The position numbers and the translations under genes were made by a program. From contig JBFWVL010000001.1 of the NCBI GenBank assembly GCA_050246755.1, forward strand, positions 704,001-768,000: a stretch of 64,000 nucleotides of DNA, written 5' to 3'. The notes under the pieces are model-generated. The model saw only the letters and a list, made by a program, of their open reading frames with translations, was not told the DNA's origin and searched no databases. This document shows positions 56,937 through 64,000 of this stretch, in pieces (position 1 is the first letter of the stretch; each line of letters opens with the position of its first letter). Source of the stretch: Bacteriovoracia bacterium (GTDB taxonomy: Bacteria; Bdellovibrionota; UBA1018; CAIPTA01).

Positions 56937-58162
56937 CCGCGAATTCCCTCGATCACCGCCGAGAAACGGTGAAACTCGGGTAAAAGATCCGTCCTATCTT
57001 CAGAATCCATAAAGTCGATCAGTCCGCGAACCTCGCCCAGGAATTTTTCCGCGCCTCGATCGGGAGCCCGGCGCTCCCATTCGCCCCAGGCACTACGCCC
57101 GCTTTGGATGAATTCTTCTATGCGCCGGCGCGCTTCAGCCTTTACCGAGGAGGGCAATACCTTCACGCTTAGGCACTCCGGCACGTTCAGCGCCCCAAGA
57201 ACCGGAAAGGGAAAGAAGGTGGGATAATTCTCCGCAAGATAATTAATCAAAGCGGGAATATGAAAAATATTGTGAATTTGAACAGTGATATTGAAGCATA
57301 CGTAAGTGAGGTTCCATTCGTTTTGCTTTTCCCGGATACGCGAAAGATTTTTTTCGATCTCCCTAAATTTCGAGGGGAAGCGGATATAGTCGTTCACCTC
57401 ACCCACCCCATCCACGCTCACCATTAAACGCACGGACTTAAACCGCGGAAATAACGCCAGCAGCTTCTCGGGCAGATACGTCGCGTTGGTATTGAAGCTC
57501 AGGGAAATCTCTTTTGCATCGTGCCTCTGAGCCAACCCCTCCACCACCGTTGCCACTTCCGGAATGAGAAACGGCTCCCCTCCGGCAAAATGGGCCTCGC
57601 GTAAAGCTTCGGCACTATTTAATAGCCCGGAAAGGAGGGAACTATTTTTATGCCAGTCGATGGCGGCTTGCTGCTGAAAATCCTCTTTGGCCTCTGGATA
57701 AAGCAAACGAAAGTCTGCGGCCAGCTTGCGGGAGGATACCGGGCTGCACATTTGGCAGCGCAAATTACAAAAATTTCCCAGCCTCAGGTCCACACTGAAA
57801 AGCTCCAGGGGAAGGCTGCCGTCGGGCTGCATTCGCGCCGCCGCCCGTGCGGCTTCCCGGCCGAAACTGCGGTTAGAAACTTCCCGCAGGCTCATCAGGC
57901 CGTGGCCCTCGAGCCCGAAACACCGCTTACAGGCCGCGGGCTTCTCGCCCGCCAAAAGGCTCTTTCTTACATTTCTCTGAGTAGGAGAATTCCATGCACG
58001 CGAGAGATCCTCTGGGTTCCTCACCGAAATGGCTTCTCCGCTTTCGTCGCGATTCACCGCGCCCGTTTCGAGCGTATAGCAGCAAGGAAATGATTTCCCC
58101 TCCTCGCTCAAGAAAAGGTGGCCGAAAGGAAGGGCGCAAAAGGTGGGAGAAGTTGTGCTCAC
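56909..58162 (-). CDS. Radical SAM protein with N-terminal twitch/SPASM-like Cys cluster
   Basis: GTG at 58162 overlaps the upstream TGA, GGAG RBS; FCALPF, PCC, CKRC, GNFCNLRCQMC, AGGEP, NTN, SVDG. Confidence 0.88.
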   Translation of the reverse strand: MSTTSPTFCALPFGHLFLSEEGKSFPCCYTLETGAVNRDESGEAISVRNPEDLSRAWNSPTQRNVRKSLLAGEKPAACKRCFGLEGHGLMSLREVSNRSFGREAARAAARMQPDGSLPLELFSVDLRLGNFCNLRCQMCSPVSSRKLAADFRLLYPEAKEDFQQQAAIDWHKNSSLLSGLLNSAEALREAHFAGGEPFLIPEVATVVEGLAQRHDAKEISLSFNTNATYLPEKLLALFPRFKSVRLMVSVDGVGEVNDYIRFPSKFREIEKNLSRIREKQNEWNLTYVCFNITVQIHNIFHIPALINYLAENYPTFFPFPVLGALNVPECLSVKVLPSSVKAEARRRIEEFIQSGRSAWGEWERRAPDRGAEKFLGEVRGLIDFMDSEDRTDLLPEFHRFSAVIEGIRGQKLAVPGL

Positions 58163-59196
58163 TCGAGATTGGTTCTCCAGCGGAAAGACCGCGCCGGCGC
58201 GCGCTCGTTTTTCCAGAGCGCCAGGAATTCCGCGTATTCCGGATGCTCGGGAAGGTGAACCGCTTCCTTGGCGAAGGAGATTCCCATTCGCTCCCAAGGG
58301 AAAAGCTGGGAAACATAAACTTCATCGGCCCCAAGGCTTTCGGCCATGCTCAGGAAAGCCGGTAACGAACGGAAGTTTTCCGCACGCAAAACGTAGGTAA
58401 GCCCGAGAAAATCAAAGCGTCCTATTTTTCTCTGTTTAGCCATCCAAAGCAGATTTTGCAGCAGGCGCGCCCAGTCGCCGCCACGCACTTTCTGATAGGT
58501 TTCGGCGTCGCCCGCGTCGATGCTCACGTTCACGCTGCGAATAAAGTTGGAACCCGGCATCAGGGCGTGCAGGGTGTCCGCATCGAACAAAACTCCGTTG
58601 GTGAGAACGTCCACTTTTTCGAGCTTCGGAAATCTTTCCCGGCTGAAGGAGCGCAGGATCTCCCGGAGAGCAGGACTGAAAAATACCTCCCCATCGCCCG
58701 CGAGTTTCACGATCCGGAGGCTCTTCCCGTGAGTGGCCAGCAGACTCTGCGTCTTCTGCACGGAATCCTCGATGGCGGAGCTATTTTGTAAAATGGGCGA
58801 GGGCCGGCAGGAGCCACAGGCCAAATTGCAGCGGGGGTCCCCCATTACGGTCAAGGCGGCAGGCCCTTCGGGCAAAATCGTTTTCCCGGCCAATAAAGCA
58901 TCCAAATTCCCGGCGCTGATCGGAAGCTCCCCCGGCTGGCTTTGCCGGGCACGAAGTTCCTTTTCCGTCAGGAGGGTGGTGGCACAACGCTCTAAATGGC
59001 AATAGCGGTAGCTGCCATCCAATACGGACGCCCGGAGGGCTTGAGCCGAAGGCCCGTTCCAAGGGTCAGCGCCGGAATCCAGACCTAAAAACTCCTTGGT
59101 TAACCAAGACTGGCAGCAAGGAATAAAGGGTTTTCCCGGGCTTTCCAGCCGGGAAAATGGATAAGGGCAGATGCGCCCGCTGACGCTAGTAGACAT
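58159..59196 (-). CDS. Radical SAM protein with N-terminal Cys cluster
   Basis: CPYPF, PCC, YCHLERC, CNLACGSC, GDGEVF, TNG, SIDAG. Confidence 0.88.
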   Translation of the reverse strand: MSTSVSGRICPYPFSRLESPGKPFIPCCQSWLTKEFLGLDSGADPWNGPSAQALRASVLDGSYRYCHLERCATTLLTEKELRARQSQPGELPISAGNLDALLAGKTILPEGPAALTVMGDPRCNLACGSCRPSPILQNSSAIEDSVQKTQSLLATHGKSLRIVKLAGDGEVFFSPALREILRSFSRERFPKLEKVDVLTNGVLFDADTLHALMPGSNFIRSVNVSIDAGDAETYQKVRGGDWARLLQNLLWMAKQRKIGRFDFLGLTYVLRAENFRSLPAFLSMAESLGADEVYVSQLFPWERMGISFAKEAVHLPEHPEYAEFLALWKNERAPARSFRWRTNLE

Positions 59197-59280
59197 AGTG
59201 CTGAGACTAGCTCCAATACGAGAAGAATTCTACTCGTCCCTAGATTGCATTCAGCTGCGTCAAAGTGCTAAAAATCCGCC

Positions 59281-60705
59281 ATGGCCGATCCCAAGAACGA
59301 TGATCTCCCAGCGGACCCGAATAAACCCCTGAAAGACCTGAGCGATATGCAAACGCTCGTGTCGCTTTGTAAGCGTCGGGGCTTTATTTTTCCATCTTCC
59401 GAAATTTACGGCGGAATTAATTCCTGCTGGGACTATGGCCCGCTCGGCGTGGAGCTAAAGCTCGCGGTGAAGGACTCCTGGTGGAAATCCATGACCCGTG
59501 CGCAGGACGACGTGGAAGGCGTGGATGCTTCCATCCTCATGCACCCCAAAGTTTGGGAAGCATCCGGGCACGTGGAAAACTTCAACGATCCCCTCGTGGA
59601 TTGCAAAAAATGCAAAGCGCGCCATCGTGCTGACCACTTGAAGCCCGTGAAGCAGCTAGAGGAAAAATTGGGCTTTCTTCCTTCGCTCGAGGAAATGACC
59701 AAAGCGCTCGAGGGCGCTACCTGCCCGAGCTGCGGAACCAAGGGCGAGCTCACCGCGCCCCGCATGTTCAATATGATGTTTTCCACCTACATGGGCCCCG
59801 TGGCCGATCCGGCGAACATCGTTTATCTGCGCCCCGAAACCGCGCAGGGAATTTTTGTGAATTTCCGTAACGTGCAGGAAACCATGCGCCGCAAGCTCCC
59901 TTTCGGGATCGCCCAAATCGGCAAAGCTTTCCGCAACGAGATCACCCCCGGAAACTTCATTTTTCGCACCCGGGAATTCGAGCAAATGGAAATGCAGTAT
60001 TTCGTCGCTCCCGGCAGCGATACCGAGCATTTCGAAAAATGGCGCGCTACGCGCTGGGCTTGGCACGTGGCCAACGGGATCCGCGAAAATAAAATGCGCT
60101 TCCATCCCCATGGCCCCAACGAGCTCGCCCACTACGCGAAGCAGGCGGGAGACATTCAATACGAATTCCCGATCGGCTGGCAGGAAGTGGAAGGGATTCA
60201 CAACCGCACCGATTTCGATTTGAGCCGCCATACCCAGTTCTCGGGAAAAAACCTCCAGTACGTGGACGAACAGGCCAATAAAATCATTCCCTACGTGATC
60301 GAAACCTCCGTGGGCTGCGATCGCTTCATCCTCACCGTTCTTTGCGACGCGTACCGCTTCAACGAAGATCGCGTGGTGATGAAGTTTCACCCGAATTTCG
60401 CGCCCTATAAGGCCGCGGTCTTCCCTCTCATGAAGAAAGACGAGCTCGTGGAGCCGGCACGAAAACTTCTCGGAGAACTGCGCAAGAACTACAAAGTGGA
60501 CTACGACGCTACCGGCTCCATCGGCAAGCGCTACCGCCGCCACGAAGAAATTGGCACGCCGTTTTGCATCACCGTGGACTATGACAGCCTCGTGGATCAC
60601 GCCGTAACCATTCGCCACCGCGATACGATGGCCCAGGAACGCATCGCGATCACGAAAGTAGAAGATTATATTGCCGACGCCTTCCGCAATTGGAAGATGT
60701 CTTAG
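59281..60705 (+). CDS. glyQS: Glycine--tRNA ligase, homodimeric alpha2 type
   Basis: [45 protein letters not shown]. Confidence 0.97.
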   Translation: MADPKNDDLPADPNKPLKDLSDMQTLVSLCKRRGFIFPSSEIYGGINSCWDYGPLGVELKLAVKDSWWKSMTRAQDDVEGVDASILMHPKVWEASGHVENFNDPLVDCKKCKARHRADHLKPVKQLEEKLGFLPSLEEMTKALEGATCPSCGTKGELTAPRMFNMMFSTYMGPVADPANIVYLRPETAQGIFVNFRNVQETMRRKLPFGIAQIGKAFRNEITPGNFIFRTREFEQMEMQYFVAPGSDTEHFEKWRATRWAWHVANGIRENKMRFHPHGPNELAHYAKQAGDIQYEFPIGWQEVEGIHNRTDFDLSRHTQFSGKNLQYVDEQANKIIPYVIETSVGCDRFILTVLCDAYRFNEDRVVMKFHPNFAPYKAAVFPLMKKDELVEPARKLLGELRKNYKVDYDATGSIGKRYRRHEEIGTPFCITVDYDSLVDHAVTIRHRDTMAQERIAITKVEDYIADAFRNWKMS

Positions 60706-60735
60706 TTTTGAAAATTAAATCGATCGGGAGAAGTT

Positions 60736-63438
60736 ATGAGCAATAGCAAACAATACGTTTACTGCTTTGGTCCTACCGAATGCGCCGGCGACGGCTCCCA
60801 GAAATACCTCCTCGGCGGCAAGGGCGCTAACCTCGCCGACATGGTGAAACTGGGCCTGCCCGTTCCTCCCGGGTTCACGATCTCCACCGACGTTTGCTCC
60901 TACTTCTATAAAAATAATCGCTCCTACCCCGATTCTCTGAAAGCGGAAGTGGCCGCCGCCGTAAAGAATCTTGAGAAAGATCTCTCCGCCACCGGGATGA
61001 AATTCGGCGATAAGAGGAATCCCCTTCTGGTGAGCGTGCGCTCGGGAGCCCCGGTGTCCATGCCCGGCATGATGGACACCGTATTGAACCTCGGCCTCAA
61101 TGACGAAACCGTGCAGGGCCTAATCGAGCAATCCAAGGACCAGCGCTTCGCCTACGATTCCTACCGCCGCTTCGTGATGATGTATTCCGACGTAGTGCTG
61201 AACGTGAACACCTCTTTCTTCGAAAGTGCGCTCGAGGAAAAGAAAGCCGATGCCGGGGTGGAGCTCGATACCGAGCTCAGCGCAGAGCAGCTGAAATCCC
61301 TCGTAAAAGAATTTAAAAGCATCGTGATCGAGCATTCCGGCAAAAAATTCCCGGAAGATCCCCTCGAGCAGCTCTGGGGCGCCGTGGGGGCCGTATTCGG
61401 CTCCTGGATGAACCCGCGCGCTTGCACCTACCGCCGCATCAATGCCATTCCGGAAAATATCGGTACCGCCGTAACCGTGCAGGCGATGGTGTACGGAAAC
61501 ATGGGCGACGACTGCGCCACCGGCGTAGCCTTCACCCGCGATCCCTCCACCGGCGAGAAAAAATTCTTCGGCGAATTTTTAATCAACGCCCAGGGGGAAG
61601 ACGTAGTGGCGGGAATCCGCACCCCTCAGCCGATCAACGCCGAGAGCTTCAACGATCAAAATAAGCATTTGCCCACTCTCGATAAACTGCTGCCCACCGC
61701 TTTCAAAGAGCTCGTCACGCTCTACCAGAAGCTCGAGAAGCATTACCGCGACATGCAGGACATCGAATTCACCATCCAGAAGGGCAAGCTCTTCATGCTG
61801 CAAACCCGGAATGGCAAGCGCACCGCCGCCGCCGCCGTGGCGATCGCCGTGGATATGGTGAAGGAAAATCTCATTTCCAAAAAAGAAGCCGTGATGCGGG
61901 TTACGCCCGAGCAGCTCGATCATTTTCTACACCCCCGCCTCGATCCTAAAGCCCACCGCGATGTGATCGCGAAGGGCCTACCCGCGTCCCCCGGTGCCGT
62001 TTCCGGCCGTATCGTTTTTGATCCCGATACCGCCGAGCAGTGGGTAAAAGAAAAAGGCGAAAAAGTGATTCTCGTGCGCGTGGAAACTTCACCCGAAGAT
62101 ATTCACGGGATGCACGTAGCGCAGGGAATCCTCACCGCACGTGGCGGCATGACTTCCCACGCCGCCGTGGTGGCGCGTGGAATGGGAAAAACTTGCGTGG
62201 CCGGCTGCTCCGCCATCAAGATCCTCCATGAAATGAAAAAAATGGTGGCCGGCGGACGCGAATTCTCCGAAGGAGACTGGATCACGCTCGAAGGCACTAC
62301 CGGCGAAGTGATTTCCGGAAAAGTGGCCACCGTAATTCCGGATCTCACCGGCTCTTTCCACGAGTTCATGGCCTGGGTAGATGAAGCCCGCCGCATGAAA
62401 GTGCGCACCAATGCGGACACGCCCGGCGATGCCCGGGTGGCCCGCCAGTTCGGCGCAGAAGGCATTGGCCTCTGCCGCACGGAGCATATGTTCTTCGATC
62501 CCGAGCGGATCGGCGCCGTACGCCAGATGATTCTTTCCGACAGCGAGATCGAGCGCAAACGCGCGCTCGATAAAATTCTTCCCATGCAGCGCCTGGATTT
62601 TCTCGGCCTCTTCCGCGAGATGAAGGATCTGCCGGTAACCATCCGCTTGCTCGATCCCCCGCTCCACGAGTTCCTTCCCCACGAAGAATCCGACGTGCGC
62701 AAACTCGCTAAGGAAATGGAAGTTTCCTACGAACAGCTCTACCGCCGTAAAGAGCTCCTGCACGAATTCAATCCCATGCTCGGCCATCGCGGCTGCCGCC
62801 TAGGGATCTCCTTTCCCGAGATCTACCGCATGCAAGTGCGCGCGATCATTGAGGCGGCCTGTGAGCTGAAGAAAAAAGAAGGCCAAACGGTGGAGCCGGA
62901 AATCATGATTCCGCTCGTGGCCGACTGGAAAGAGCTGCAGTTCGTGCGTGGCTACAGTGAAAAAGAAATCGAGATGGTTTTTGCCGAGCAAGGCATCAAG
63001 GTGCCCTACACGATTGGCACCATGATCGAGCTCCCCCGCGCGGCCCTCACCGCCGATAAAATCGCCATGGCCGATAAAGGCAATGCCGAATTCTTCAGCT
63101 TCGGCACCAACGATCTCACGCAAACCACCTATGGCCTCTCGCGCGACGATTCCGCCTCCTTTTTAGGTACCTACGTAGACCAAAAAATCTTCGCCCAGGA
63201 TCCCTTCGTTTCCATCGATCACGACGGCGTAGGCGAGCTGATGAAACTCGCCGTGCAAAAAGGCAAAGCTGCCCGCGGCAAAGAGATGAAAATGGGCATT
63301 TGCGGAGAACAAGGCGGAGAACCTCGTTCTGTGCATTTTTGCCATTCCATCGGCCTCGACTACGTGAGCTGCAGCCCCTACCGGGTACCGATTGCCCGTC
63401 TTGCCGCAGCCCAAGCAAATATCGGCAAACTGGAATAA
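60736..63438 (+). CDS. ppdK: Pyruvate, phosphate dikinase
   Basis: LGGKGANLA, SMPGMMDT, GGMTSHAAVVARG, GLCRTEHMF, SFGTNDLTQ. Confidence 0.98.
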   Translation: MSNSKQYVYCFGPTECAGDGSQKYLLGGKGANLADMVKLGLPVPPGFTISTDVCSYFYKNNRSYPDSLKAEVAAAVKNLEKDLSATGMKFGDKRNPLLVSVRSGAPVSMPGMMDTVLNLGLNDETVQGLIEQSKDQRFAYDSYRRFVMMYSDVVLNVNTSFFESALEEKKADAGVELDTELSAEQLKSLVKEFKSIVIEHSGKKFPEDPLEQLWGAVGAVFGSWMNPRACTYRRINAIPENIGTAVTVQAMVYGNMGDDCATGVAFTRDPSTGEKKFFGEFLINAQGEDVVAGIRTPQPINAESFNDQNKHLPTLDKLLPTAFKELVTLYQKLEKHYRDMQDIEFTIQKGKLFMLQTRNGKRTAAAAVAIAVDMVKENLISKKEAVMRVTPEQLDHFLHPRLDPKAHRDVIAKGLPASPGAVSGRIVFDPDTAEQWVKEKGEKVILVRVETSPEDIHGMHVAQGILTARGGMTSHAAVVARGMGKTCVAGCSAIKILHEMKKMVAGGREFSEGDWITLEGTTGEVISGKVATVIPDLTGSFHEFMAWVDEARRMKVRTNADTPGDARVARQFGAEGIGLCRTEHMFFDPERIGAVRQMILSDSEIERKRALDKILPMQRLDFLGLFREMKDLPVTIRLLDPPLHEFLPHEESDVRKLAKEMEVSYEQLYRRKELLHEFNPMLGHRGCRLGISFPEIYRMQVRAIIEAACELKKKEGQTVEPEIMIPLVADWKELQFVRGYSEKEIEMVFAEQGIKVPYTIGTMIELPRAALTADKIAMADKGNAEFFSFGTNDLTQTTYGLSRDDSASFLGTYVDQKIFAQDPFVSIDHDGVGELMKLAVQKGKAARGKEMKMGICGEQGGEPRSVHFCHSIGLDYVSCSPYRVPIARLAAAQANIGKLE

Positions 63439-63473
63439 GCTAAAGAGTTCCCCCTACGGAACATGCAATGGGG

Positions 63474-64000
63474 ATGGCCATGGGCTGGAAACGCGTCGAT
63501 TTTTTAGAGACGGGCGATAGCTACTACAACGCCGTGGTAGCAGAGATCGCTAACGCCAAGAAGAGCGTCCTCCTCGAGAGCTATATTTTTCGTCTAGACC
63601 GCGTGGGCATCCGTATCCTCGATGCGCTCTGCGCCGCCGTGGGCCGGGGTGTAAAAATTTTCCTGCGCATCGACGGCGTGGGTTCGCGAATCGATTTAGC
63701 CGCCATCGCGGCCTATTGCGGAAACGCCAAGCTCGATCTCGAGGTATTTCATCCCCTTCCCTTCGCCGCCCCCGGAGCCTACCACCCTTCCGGCTTAGCG
63801 AAGGCCGACAGTTTCCTCGCTCGGTGGCGCATGATCAACCGCCGCTCTCACCGCAAACTCATCATCGTGGATGAAACCATCGCTTTTACCGGCGGCCGCA
63901 ATATCGATGAAGTACAGTCCGAAGAATATTCTGGCGCAGCCGCCTGGCACGATCTTTCGCTCCGCCTCGAAGGCCCCGCGATGGAAGATCTGGTGAAAGC
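63474..64000 (+). CDS. Cardiolipin synthase/phospholipase D family (ClsB-like), truncated by the window end
   Basis: Manual translation: ESYIF, RGVKIFLRIDGVGS, HKD motif HRKLIIVD..AFTGGRNI, WHDL; in-frame ATGs at 63468, 63474 and 63480. Confidence 0.88.
   Translation, partial: MAMGWKRVDFLETGDSYYNAVVAEIANAKKSVLLESYIFRLDRVGIRILDALCAAVGRGVKIFLRIDGVGSRIDLAAIAAYCGNAKLDLEVFHPLPFAAPGAYHPSGLAKADSFLARWRMINRRSHRKLIIVDETIAFTGGRNIDEVQSEEYSGAAAWHDLSLRLEGPAMEDLVK

Overview
Bacterial chromosomal segment of moderately high GC. It is most consistent with a Bdellovibrionota/Oligoflexia-like organism; this is inferred from a TIGR02147/DUF4423 gene, the short EF-Ts, an alpha2-type GlyRS next to ppdK, and many orphan secreted proteins. 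The left ~24.5 kb is accessory: two secreted GH3-PA14 beta-glucosidases, two secreted GH30 enzymes, an XylFGH-like sugar ABC transporter, an acid phosphatase, a GT4/debranching-enzyme pair, a degenerate signalling pair, yhhQ and small secreted proteins. Next come tRNA-Val(GAC), two tandem porin paralogs and ftsK. Core clusters follow (rpsB-tsf-pyrH-frr-uppS-cdsA-rseP-tsaB; deoC/deoB/pdp/punA; rplU-rpmA-obgE-nadD-rsfS; glyQS-ppdK-cls), repeatedly interrupted by minus-strand accessory genes: two Tat-exported DUF1513-like propellers, a GT2, TIGR02147 and two radical SAM enzymes. No integrase, transposase, rRNA or CRISPR array was seen. Most notable observations: (1) an apparently unnamed ~70-aa two-cysteine helical C-terminal module shared by two otherwise unrelated secreted proteins 38 kb apart; (2) a secreted beta-glucan hydrolysis/uptake locus; (3) a set of sigma54-type promoters with a shared upstream 17-bp box; (4) an inverted-repeat operator candidate between TIGR02147 and its divergent secreted partner. 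All family assignments come from motif recognition by eye; no database search was run.
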